Of a stretch of DNA of 64,000 bases, positions 52,991 to 64,000 are shown one piece after another. Source of the DNA: Thalia democratica. Its lineage: Eukaryota. Made by a program: the position numbers and the translations under genes. The first letter of the stretch is position 1; each line of letters starts with the position of its first letter. The notes below the pieces were generated by a model. It was not told the origin of the DNA. It worked only from the letters and a program-made list of their open reading frames with translations, and ran no database searches. Location of the stretch: the NCBI GenBank assembly GCA_965202585.1, contig OZ241828.1:56916001-56980000 (forward strand). Direction: 5' to 3'.

Positions 52991-54386
52991 AAAAAGATGG
53001 CAAATGTTTAGCATCTTAATTTTTGTGCATTTAGATATGCCTGACGTGTTAACTTATTTAAAAAAACAGGTCTCTTACAATATCTCGTTTTTTTGTTCAA
53101 AAAGTAAAGTTAAATAAAAATATTTCTTATGATTAATTTTCTCAGGCAAATATACTTTTTTTTTACCTTTTTGATTGAATTTTCTATGGTGTACTGTCAA
53201 CTTGTAGGGTTTTTCAAAATATAACTTGTTTCTGTATTTTATTTTGAAAAAACCACTATTGTTACATTTTGTGTAAAAAGAACATGTTGTAAGTTGTTTA
53301 AAGAAACATAATAATTTTTACTTGTACTATGCAAATAACATGACTTTATATATAAGATTAATTTTGTAATATTTGAATGTTTAAAAATGCTTGGCATAAC
53401 TTTACCTCTTTGTATAAGAAGTTTAGTTATAATTAACTAAAAGTTTTTTTTTTATGTTTCCAACTCATTTAGTTTATTTAAACAAATTTCAGAAAGACAC
53501 AACAAGCTACTCTTATATTTTTTTTTTTAGTTTATGGCAAGTTTTGTTTATAAATAACTCTCAAGCTAACGTTTTTCAAAGTTAAAAACAAAAAGTTATA
53601 CTTCTTGAAACAATTTTTTATTTTATCTAATTCACCACTGTTTTCAGATTTTATTTATAATTTAAACTACTGTTTAATAGTTGTGTATTTAATTCAAGTT
53701 TTGAAATTTTATCATATACTAAGGCTGACTTGGTCTAATTTATATTGGTTAAAGAAAGTCTAACTTTTAAAAACACTATAAGGAGCTAACAAAAGGTGCT
53801 TAACATTTGTAGCATTTGTTCTTTGTTAAAAAAAAATAATATAGACTTGATTTAATAAAACTGTGCAAAAAAACTAAAAACTAGTTTTAATTAACTAAAT
53901 ATGTAACAAAAATCATGTAATAAGATAAATATAAACAATAAAATTATAAACTAAAGGTTACATAAGTATTTATACATAGTAAATTAATATGTATACACCT
54001 AATATAAAGTTTTTAATGTGTGGGTAATACCCAGTTTAGTTAAACTTCATTTTGTTTTGAAATCATGGTTACTTTTTAAAAAATCGTTACTTTAAGACAA
54101 TAAAACAAAATATACTATATACAGAATTGAAGCTTAACTTTAAATATGCTTCTTTATCTCAAAGCTAGTAAGCAATATAATTTTAATCTTCGATGTAATC
54201 TTTTTAAAATAATAGTATTTAAAACTTTTTTAAATACAAAAGTGATGTTTTAATGTTCTTTATACAATATGGTCTCTACACTTTAAATCTATATAAAACT
54301 TATTTTAATAAAATTTGTACAGACAAAAAGGACATTTTAAAGTTCTTTTAACTAACGTACTTTAATTTAAAAATAAATTGTACTTA

Positions 54387-54627
54387 GACATTTTCGTTAC
54401 ATTTTTTCGTTCGAATTCGTAATGTTTTGCAATTAATGTTTTGCCGAAATGTTTTAAATTCATAGGTATTTAAATACCCATGAGTTTAAAACATTTCGGC
54501 TGCAAAATAAATTTCGTATACAAAAAAAATTATGCAATGGAAGCATGTGGCTCAACATATGTATTACAGCAATGTTAATAAATTGTATTTTGAGTCGAAT
54601 TCGAACGAAAAAATGTAACGAAAATGT
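54387..54627. mobile_element. Palindromic MITE
   Basis: GACATTTTCGTTACATTTTTTCGTTCGAATTCG / CGAATTCGAACGAAAAATGTAACGAAAATGTC. Confidence 0.75.
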
Positions 54628-55871
54628 CAAAAAAGGCAACAAATAATAAATATATTTAAAAATTATAAAAGAAATAGTAATATGTATGTGTATTATTTTT
54701 TTTTTATCCTCAATTAGCTTTTTTAGCACGTCGCCATTCAACATTTTTACTAGTACATTTACATCGGTGTTTTTCAAACCCTGCATTTTGGAAATAAACT
54801 TTTGTTAAACTAATGGTTAGTTTAAATATTATGTTAGAAAATATTTTTAATTGATAATTTATTAATATCAATCAGTAGTTCTCTTTATATGCACCCATGC
54901 ACAGTAGTGTGCATAAAATCTATATTGCTGTGCACAGAAAATTTGCTACGGTAAAAAAATATTACTATTAACGTTTGTCTTTTCTTTCTGTTACAAAAAG
55001 CATATTTAATCCACAAACTAACAATTAACAATATTATAAATTATCAAAAAAAATAGAATAAATGTCTTTTGAAGTGATAAGTACCTTTTTAGTCCAATAT
55101 ATACAGCTTTTAAAAAAATTGAGAGGCTCTTATCTGGATTAAAGAAGGAACTCAAAATTCTATATTTGACTTTCAGAAATCTGGTATACGCCACTTTTTA
55201 ACTAAAGGCATCGTATAAAGCTTTATTTTTTAAATCTATATTTTTAATAATTAATCCACGACATCTTATGCACAACAGTCTAAGTACAGCTGTTCCTAAA
55301 AAAATATTTTCTCAAGATAACATAAAAACATTTTTTTACCAAACGGGAACTAACTCGTTCTAAGGCCGCATCAGTTGAACTTTTTTCACGTCCGGACTAT
55401 AAAATTAAAACCCTATACAATTAAATATTAACTTATTTTGAAGAGCATCAATAATGTTTTATTTTGGTTTAGAAAAATACTTTTATATAGGTCATAATAG
55501 TGTGACTTGTATAAGAAAACGTTTCATTAGTACTTACAACTTGTTTGTTTGTTGTGTTTCTTCATCTAATAAATCAAATTTTATAGTTATAATAAACCTA
55601 ATGACAAATTCTACTATAAATAGTTTAAATATAACAATATAATAATAATACACAATAAAAGATATTCTAACGATAATACAGTTACTGTCAAGTAAATTGT
55701 TTACATCAACACTTGTTAAAATTTTTAAGTTACTTGTTATTTTTGATACAAGTAAATGACTTTTAATTTATAATTTATCTTAGTTAGTTTCTTATATATG
55801 GACTTGTAAACTAATAAAGTGTGTAGTGTACATTGCTTAAATATACTTAAACTGATTACTATCATCTAAAG

Positions 55872-56117
55872 CAGGGTTTAACAAACCTTTTTTCAAAGGG
55901 CCCTGTTTAAAGAAATTAAAAAAGCTATGGCCCCTTTCGATAAGATTTCTCAAAAAACTAACATTAAAACCGCCTAAGACCTTTTTTTTGCTCTTTATCA
56001 TCAACTCAAGAATATGTAGTGTAAGTTTCAATTTATGACCTCATGGTTCCCCTGTGGCCCCTTTGCTGCTCATTGCCTCCTAAATTTCTGTCATTGCCCA
56101 AAGTTTGGGAAACCCTA
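55872..56117. mobile_element. Old hAT MITE
   Basis: CAGGGTTTAACAAAC / GTTTGGGAAACCCTA. The 8-bp flanks ATCTAAAG and ATATAGAG match at 6 of 8 positions. Confidence 0.65.
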
Positions 56118-58531
56118 ATATAGAGTCGACTTATATATTATATAAATGTTATGAGTATTGGTATACACACATAATCAGAATAAATTTTATATTTTTATAT
56201 ATTTAAATCGTTTATAGTTCATTGTGTACTTAAAAACACAATACTAAATTTTACTTTAGTATTTTTAAAAAACAGCTAGTTAAATTTTAGTTTTAAACTC
56301 AAAAATATATACATTAAATTCAATTTAAAACTATATTTTAAGATATTTAAGACCACGTTTTACTTTTATACCACTCCAACGGTAGAGCCTCTGATATGTC
56401 GTCATTTTCAGTAGCTCAGCAGAAAGCTCTTTTGACGATCTTAGACACGGCGTAGTACGTAGGGCAATGAATAAAATGTAAGCTTTTGTGCAATAATCAC
56501 ATTTAATTAATAAAATAGAGAAACATGCACTAGTACAGTAAGCTGAACACAGAACGCCATATATGAAAAATCACTACTTATCAGAAGTTTACCTGTACAG
56601 CTTGTTTAATGCTAAAAAAACAAGCACTATGTGTTTTACTGTTTGTGGCTTAAGTAATAAACTCCAAAAAAAATTGTAGTAGTAGCGTAAACAAGCATTG
56701 AAGTTTAGCAAGTAACTAGTTTGCGTAGAATTCTTTCGTTAGTAGTTTTTTATTTAAGTTAAGTAGATGTTTTTGAAAAAAAATGATTGTTCTTTATTAA
56801 AAAATTATTTCTAAAATATAAACCTGGTTAATCAAAGTCAAGCTACGTTATAAAGTTTAAGTAACAACTAATTCGTACTTGTTTAAGTAAACAGTTTAGT
56901 ATTTGTTTTCATGCAATCATTAACTTTTGTTTGCGATAATTTCGTGTTGCATTTTACTATCAGCTTACAAAGTTAACTACTTTCCTAGCTTGTGAAAAAT
57001 TATACAGATTTAAATGCTTTTCTTGCAAACAATTTGTTTCAGTTTTTTTTTTTTGATCAGATAGACTTAAATAAATTTTAAGCTTTATAATTCAGCAAAA
57101 GTTATACGAAAGTAGAGTAAGTTTTTTTTAACAAAAGTTTTTAAGTTTTTTTAATAAGTAAAGTATTTTACTTGTTTTACTATGTTTTAAGTCAAAATAT
57201 TTTAGTTTTTTTTTAAGTAAAATAAATTTGATAATTAGTAAAACAACTAAAACGAAAAGATAGAAACTTTAATATCTTGCATACTTATAAATATCCTCTC
57301 ATAATTATTCTAAAATCAGACAAGTTTTCAATTCAACCTGCAACGGACAATTAAAAAAAAAAAACTAAAGTCATTAAGGAAATTGCAAGAAATGTTGTTA
57401 TTAATAAAATTAAAATAAACCAAAAATCAAGTTACTAAGTACTATTTGTTCTAAAAAATAATTGTGGTTGTAAGAATTAGAACTATTGTCAAAGAAAGAA
57501 GCTAGCTTAAAATGTTTATAAAGAGCTGCTCTTAAGATTTTAAAAAGTTTTACTTTTAAGCCAACTGGTTTAAAAGTATAATGCTTGTTATCAAATTAAT
57601 TTATCAAATTAGTGGTTTTAATTGTCTATTAAATTTAAATAACTTCGTTGAATTATCTACTTCAAATGTTATATTTCATTTGAAATCTAAACCTTAGGCT
57701 TTTTGATCAAAAACATCGTAAAATTATTTTAGAATAAATTTCTGGAACTTCTTAACTTAAATAGTACTGCTTTTCCAATCCTTAAAAGTTTTGTTTACCT
57801 TGTTTATAAAACATTTTATTTTGAAAAAAAACTAAAACTTTAACTAAAATTTTCTTTCGGAAAACTAAACGAATTTTAAAAACTCAATGATTGTAATACT
57901 TTTACTCTAACTACATAACTTTTAATTTTATTATGCTTCAAAAGTATACAATCAAAAACTTATACTTTTTATTGTAGACAAGAAAAAAGGTCTTTAAGGC
58001 GTGCATATATGTACGGAAATTATTTTATAAAATTTTTTGTTGTTTAGTTTTAGATTTATATGTTTTATTGTCGGTAATGCACAGAAACTGTTCTGCAGTA
58101 TTAAACTGTACTCAGATTTTTTAAAATATAACAATATGATAATGTTTTATAATAAGTAACAAGTTTAAAGAACAAATGAGATTTGTCCCATATTTAAACT
58201 TTATAAACTAAGATTATTTCAGTTTACATATAAAAGTTAATTCTAAAACTTTTTGCAAAACTGTTTTGTAAAACTATATTGTATAAGGTTTAAGTTTGTG
58301 TATCATAAAAGTAAATGTTTACTTAACTATTACACTCTTTGCCTAAAATTTATATTATTGATTATTTATAGCGGGTGAAAGGTATTGATTTCTATAATAA
58401 AAAAATGTTTTGAATATGCTGACAAAAACCAGCTTTAATGTTACAATTTACAGTTTAAATGTCCAAAATGTTAACATTAGAAAATTTAAAACAGATTCTA
58501 GCAACTTTAATTTAAACTAAAAGTAGTAAAC

Positions 58532-60706
58532 ATGGAAAGAACAGTCACCGTGGTGGAAAAGGACCCGATCACCAACCACCTTCGCTTCCACCCCGCCAGA
58601 CTGGAAAACCTCATCCGGGACAATTTCGCAGAAAATCTGCCCGTCATGCCCATATCAATAGCAGGTCAATATTCCACTGGAAAGTCGTTTTTTATGAACT
58701 TCATGGTGAAGCTGCTAAACGGAACGAACACTGACGACTGGATCGAAGCAGAGAGTGTGAGTTTGAACCTCGACGCAATGACTATCGGAAGTGGGGATTC
58801 CCCTAATGTAGGATGCTGCATGAAGGTGTACCACAAAATATTCCGCCTCAAAGATGAGAACAACGAAGAAGTGGGAGTGATGCTCATCGACTGCAAAGGG
58901 TTCCACGGCCGAGACCTGACGCTTTCCGACGCGGCAAAAATTTTCACTCTGAGCAGTTTCGTGAGCGGTTTGCAAATCTACAACTTGGAGAAACGAATAA
59001 GAGCTGAGGACCTGCACTTTCTCGATCTTGTTTGCACTTGTAGCAAGCTTGTTTCAGATGCCAGGCCTTTCAGCGACCTCGGTTTGTTAATCAGAGACTA
59101 CAGCAATGCAAGCGACCTAAACTTCAACGGAGATGTAGAAGGAAGGTTTTATTGGGGATCGTGGCTGAGGCGATCACAAAGCAATGACTTTGGTTCGTTG
59201 CAAAATCGTCTTAATAGCTATTTTGAGAGCGTAAATTGTTTTGCGTTTCCCAGTCCTGGAAATCTAGTTAGTATTGGTAGACCCAATGATGTTTCTATAG
59301 CTCAAATAGATCACAAATTTAAAGAAAATGTTCAAAGTTACGTCGCGAACATTTGCAGAAATTTGAAAGCTAAACAGGTCGATGGGCACAGCCTAAATTG
59401 TTCGCAGTTACTACAACGTTTTCAAGACAAATTTGATGAAATAAACAGTCAAAGTATCTTTAATTTAAAACTCTGGAAGCATTCAGTGTCACGTGACTAC
59501 TATGAAGAAAGAGCTTTGAAACTTTACAAGTTGTTTTGCGACCAAATTGGCACTAGTTTAGGTGGTGATTCTGATTATGAAGCTTGTAGACAAGATAAAT
59601 TACAGCAATTTGACAACTTAAAGGACTTAGGTTGTATTGAAATAAGAGAAAAGTGCAGAAAAAAGCTAGATGAAGACATGACAACTAAAACTGATGAAAC
59701 AAAAAAAATTGCGCTTGATTTTAAAAGAATAAAAAGTACCAACAACAACTCGAACAATTACTTAAGAAGCTATTTTACTTCTAATAAAACATTTGTAATA
59801 GTAGTTTTACTTATTTTATCAAATACTGCGCTTAATACAAGCAATTCAAAAGTGAATGAAAATTTTGAAGTTTCAGATGTTGAGGTAGAAAACTTTTTTA
59901 AAACAGCAGTAGAAGATTGCTTTGGCATTTACAAAGAAGAGTTAAACTCTAAAAAGTATAAAATTATAAGTTCTGATCATTTACATGAAGTAGCTTTAAA
60001 AGCAATGGACAATGCACTGACAAGGTTTAATGATGATGTTACTACTTTCAAGACAGATATGAACATTAACAAAATGTCTTTATCTTTAAAAGAATTAGTT
60101 TACAGAAACAACACAAAGTACAAGTCGAAGCTTAAAGAAAAACTTTATAGCTTTTACGTTACTTTAAAACATCAGTTTGCTGAAGAGTTTGAAAGATCAG
60201 AGAAAGAAACAAATCTTATTAAAAACTTTTACAGAGCAAAAGCAATAGAAGTTTTAAGAATTTACGATGAAAAAATAGCAGATTTTATTCAATACAAGCC
60301 ATCAAATGATGAACTAGTTTCGTTTTCAAAAAAATTAAAAGACACACTTTTAACTAAATACAAAGATACACAATTCGTAGATAAAGTATCTTCGATTTTT
60401 AAATTTAAACTTTTAAAACCAAATGAAAGTCGAGTAAAAAACGAAATATTTAATCAGTTATATCAAAGAACGAACGAAAACAACTTAAATGCAAACAATG
60501 AAGAAGAAAGTTCTCACTTTAAATCTACAATAGAAAACTTCTCAAAAATTATTGAACACGTGCACTTTTATACAGTGATAAATGGTCTGTTAACTCTAGT
60601 TAACTACTTGTACTGGAGTTGTTGTTCAGTAGTAAGCATACATTTTTTTCGTTATCTATTCTCCGAAAGCTTCAAAATTAAATTTTCATTCAAAACTTTT
60701 TCTTAG
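58532..60706 (+). CDS. Atlastin/GBP-related membrane GTPase, copy 2 (724 aa; last TM segments shifted into 60727-60963 by a 1-nt deletion)
   Basis: SIAGQYSTGKSFFMNF (G1), LIDCKG (G3), LQIYNL, LLIRDY (G4) and FAFPSPG, as in the atlastin/GBP family. Intronless. Confidence 0.88.
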   Translation: MERTVTVVEKDPITNHLRFHPARLENLIRDNFAENLPVMPISIAGQYSTGKSFFMNFMVKLLNGTNTDDWIEAESVSLNLDAMTIGSGDSPNVGCCMKVYHKIFRLKDENNEEVGVMLIDCKGFHGRDLTLSDAAKIFTLSSFVSGLQIYNLEKRIRAEDLHFLDLVCTCSKLVSDARPFSDLGLLIRDYSNASDLNFNGDVEGRFYWGSWLRRSQSNDFGSLQNRLNSYFESVNCFAFPSPGNLVSIGRPNDVSIAQIDHKFKENVQSYVANICRNLKAKQVDGHSLNCSQLLQRFQDKFDEINSQSIFNLKLWKHSVSRDYYEERALKLYKLFCDQIGTSLGGDSDYEACRQDKLQQFDNLKDLGCIEIREKCRKKLDEDMTTKTDETKKIALDFKRIKSTNNNSNNYLRSYFTSNKTFVIVVLLILSNTALNTSNSKVNENFEVSDVEVENFFKTAVEDCFGIYKEELNSKKYKIISSDHLHEVALKAMDNALTRFNDDVTTFKTDMNINKMSLSLKELVYRNNTKYKSKLKEKLYSFYVTLKHQFAEEFERSEKETNLIKNFYRAKAIEVLRIYDEKIADFIQYKPSNDELVSFSKKLKDTLLTKYKDTQFVDKVSSIFKFKLLKPNESRVKNEIFNQLYQRTNENNLNANNEEESSHFKSTIENFSKIIEHVHFYTVINGLLTLVNYLYWSCCSVVSIHFFRYLFSESFKIKFSFKTFS

Positions 60707-61704
60707 CATTAACAATATGTACATCTTTGTATATTATCCAACTATATGTGTACTCTTACACCCTTGATGCTGCTCATGTTGTGTTTATGCCTGCAACAAT
60801 TGCTTTTAATCTAAAATACATTGTTGGGTTTATGTTTGCAACACTTGCGGGTAAAATAAAAACTGTGATGTTTGAAATTACGGTGTTTTATTATTTGATG
60901 ATATTTTGGGCTCTGTACAGTGTTGTTCGTACACTTACCTACTTCTTGCAGTTAATGTTTTAAGTTAAAGATTAGAAATACTTCTTTAAACTAAATTATT
61001 AACTTTTTTATTATATCGAATTAAAAAAGAAGTTAAAAACTGTTTGAAAAACGTAAAAGTTAAAAAAATGCTGATTATAATTTTGAGTTGTAGTAGCCAA
61101 ATGTTTGTAAAGTGTTATATTAAAATATTTCAGATACTTTTTATTACGCATATTTTTGACAATTGTTCATTTATTAATTTTTAATAAAACAACAAAAGAA
61201 CTTGCAATTCATAATTCTACTTACTACCAAGCAATATTTTCCAAAGTTAAAAAATAACTCAAAATAAAAAATTTCAAATGAATGTTCCTGTTTTTGCAGA
61301 GGCTATTATTTTGCTCAAAAATACTTTCAAACTGTTCAAAAAAAATATTTTTCAGATTAAAACTTAGTTGTATTTTTGTACTAAAAAACTATTAAAACTT
61401 GATAAGTTAGGTGAAAAAATAAAATGATATTTATATAAAAAAGAAAATACTTTATAAAGTTTTTTTTTATCATCTGTTTTTAGACAATTTTAAAAAGTAA
61501 TTTTTAAATGTATGTATGTCCTAAAAGTTTTAGAACAACCAAACAAACATGTTTGTTTAAGGTTTGAATCGTTAGAAAGATATACAAAACATCTATATAC
61601 AAGCTTTAACAAAACAAGTCACAGCTAATATATTTAAAATTACCAATACTGCGTATATCTAATACAGATTTTGACTAATTAGATTTAAACTAAATGTAGT
61701 AAAC

Positions 61705-64000
61705 ATGGAAAGAACAGTCACCGTGGTGTGGAAAAGGACCCGATCACCAACCACCTTCGCTTCCACCCCGCTAGACTGGAAAACCTTATCCGAGACAATT
61801 TCGCCGAAAACCTACTTATAATGCCCATATCAATAGCAGGTCAATATTCCACTGGGAAGTCGTTTTTCATAAACTTCATGGTGAAGCTGCTGAACGGAAC
61901 GAACTCTGACGACTGGATTGAAGCAGAGAGCGAAAGTGTGAGTTTGAACCTCGACGCGATGACTATCGGAAATGGGGATTTCCCTAATGTAGGATGCTAC
62001 ATGAAGGTGTACCACAAAATATTCCGCCTCAAAGATGAGAACAACGAAGAAGTGGGAGTGATGCTCATCGACTGCAAAGGGTTCCACGGCCGAGACCTGA
62101 CGCTTTCCGACGCGGCAAAAATTTTCACTCTGAGCAGTTTCGTGAGCGGTTTGCAAATCTACAACTTGGAGAAACGAATAAGAGCCGAGGACCTGCACTT
62201 TCTCGATCTTGTTTGCACTTGTAGCAAGCTTGTTTCAGATACCAAGCCTTTCAGCGACCTCGGTTTGTTAATAAGAGATTACAACAATGCAAGCGACCTA
62301 AACTTCAACGGAGATGTAGAAGGAAGGTTTTATTGGGGATCGTGGCTGAGGCGATCACAAAGCAATGACCTCGGATCAATACAAAATCGTCTTGCCAGTT
62401 GTTTTGAGAGTGTAAATTGTTTTTCGTTTCCCAGTCCTGGAAACCTGATAAGTAGTAGGAGAACAAACGATGCCTTTACAGCTCAAGTAGATCAAAGATT
62501 TAAAGAAAAAGTTCAAAGTTACGTCGCGAACATTTGCAGAAACTTGAAAGCTAAACAGGTCGATAGACACAGCATAAACTGTTCGCAGTTACTACAACGT
62601 TTTCAAGAAAAATTTGATGAGGTAAGCAATCAAAGTATCTTTGATTTAAAACTCTGGAAGCATTCTGTGTCACATGATTACTATGAAGAAAAAGCTTTTA
62701 AACTTTACAAGTTGTTTTGCGACCAAATTGGCACTAGTTTAGGTGGTGAACATTCTGATTATGAAGCTTGTAGGCAAGATAAACTACAGCAATTTGACAA
62801 TTTAAAGGACTTAGGTTGTATTGAAATAAGAGAAAAGTGCAGAAAAAAGCTAGATGAAGACATGACAATTAAAATTGATGAAACGAAAAAGATTGTGCTT
62901 GTTATTGAAAAAGTAAAAAGCACAAAGATAAACTGGAATAATCACCTTAGAAGCTTTTATACTTTTGCTAAACCATTTTTAGTAGTAGTTTTACTTGTTT
63001 TGTCAAATGCTGCGCTTAATACAAGCAGTTTAAAACAAAATGAAAATTTTGAAGTTTCAGAAGTGGAGGTGGTAAACTTTTTCAAAACAACAGTAGAAGA
63101 TTGCTTTGGCATTTACAAAGAAGAGTTAAACTCTAAAAAGTATAAAATTAAAAGTTCTGATCATTTACATGAAGTAGCTTTAAAAGCAATGGACAATGCA
63201 CTGACAAGGTTTAATGATGAGCTTGCTACTTTCAAGACAGATATGAGTATTAACAAAATATCTTTATCTTCAAAAGAATTAGTTAACAGAAACAACACAA
63301 AGTACAAGTCGAAGCTTAAAGAAAAACTTTATAGCTTTTACGTCACTTTGAAAAACCAGTTTGCTGAAGAGTTTGAACTATCAGAAAAAGAAACAAATCT
63401 TATTGAAAACTTTTACAAAGCAAGAGCAAATGAAGTTTTAAGAGTTTACGATGAAAAAATTGCAGATTTTATTCAAAACAAGCCATCAACTGATGAACTA
63501 GTTTCGTTTTTAATAAAATTAAAAGATAGTCTTTTAACAAAATACAAAGATTCAGTACTTGTAGGTAAATTAGCTTCGAACTTTGAATTTAAGCTTCTAA
63601 ACCCAAATGAAAATCAAGTCAAAAATGAATTAAAAAATCAATTATACCAAAGGATGAACGAAAAATACCTAAATGCAAACAATTTAGATGAAAGTTCTCA
63701 CTTTAAATCTAAAACAGAAAACTTCTCAGAAGTTATTGAACACGGGTACTTTTATCCAGTAAAAAACGTTCTGTTTACTCTAGTTATTTACTTGTACTGG
63801 ATTTTTTGTTGTTCAACAAGTGGATGTGTTTTGTATGATTTAATAATTTTAAAGTTTTATAAAGTTAAATATTCAATTAGTATCTTTTTCTTTGCAATAA
63901 CAATCTGTACATCTTTGTATATTATCCAACTATATGTGTACACTTATACCCTTGATGCTTCTCATGTTGTGTTCACAACAACAATTGCTTATGGTACCAA
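61705..64000 (+). CDS. Atlastin/GBP-related membrane GTPase, copy 3 (2-nt insertion after codon 8, otherwise open to the window end)
   Basis: ATG at 61705 has the same context as copies 1 and 2. GTGGTGTGG replaces GTGGTGG. The corrected frame has no stop through 64000 and runs into the multi-TM tail. Confidence 0.85.

Noticed and set aside
56370-56470. tRNA-like GTAGCTCAGCAG segment
   Set aside because: A-box-like only, with no B box or cloverleaf.
45833-64000. Functional mitochondria-themed cluster (NUMT, USP30, atlastin-like genes)
   Set aside because: The NUMT is 15 kb away and dead. Nothing in the sequence supports more than coincidence.

Overview
Very AT-rich nuclear DNA from an animal, almost certainly a tunicate (inferred from the genetic code of an embedded mitochondrial insertion). 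From left to right: a 168-bp satellite and a 5'-truncated Penelope-like retroelement sit in an intron ahead of an orphan last exon. Next come a tRNA-derived SINE, a two-exon Myt1/Wee1-family kinase gene, and scattered dead exons of a secreted-protein family. An ~11.6-kb insertion of a nearly complete mitochondrial genome (NUMT, ~18.6-30.2 kb, all genes on the minus strand) follows. It reads in the ascidian code (AGR=Gly, with a tRNA-Gly(UCU)), is pseudogenised, and is interrupted by a nuclear MITE. After it are a 140-N gap, a CR1/L2-like LINE, several MITEs, a deleted hAT element with a 6-bp TSD, and an intronless USP30. The window ends in a tandem array of at least three intronless atlastin/GBP-related GTPase genes. 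These have an unusual architecture (G domain, three helical-bundle repeats, an internal TM, ~4 C-terminal TMs), lack catalytic residues, and are patchwork recombinants. All translations and alignments were done by eye. Family comparisons rely on remembered consensus motifs, not database searches. Ends of decayed features are approximate.
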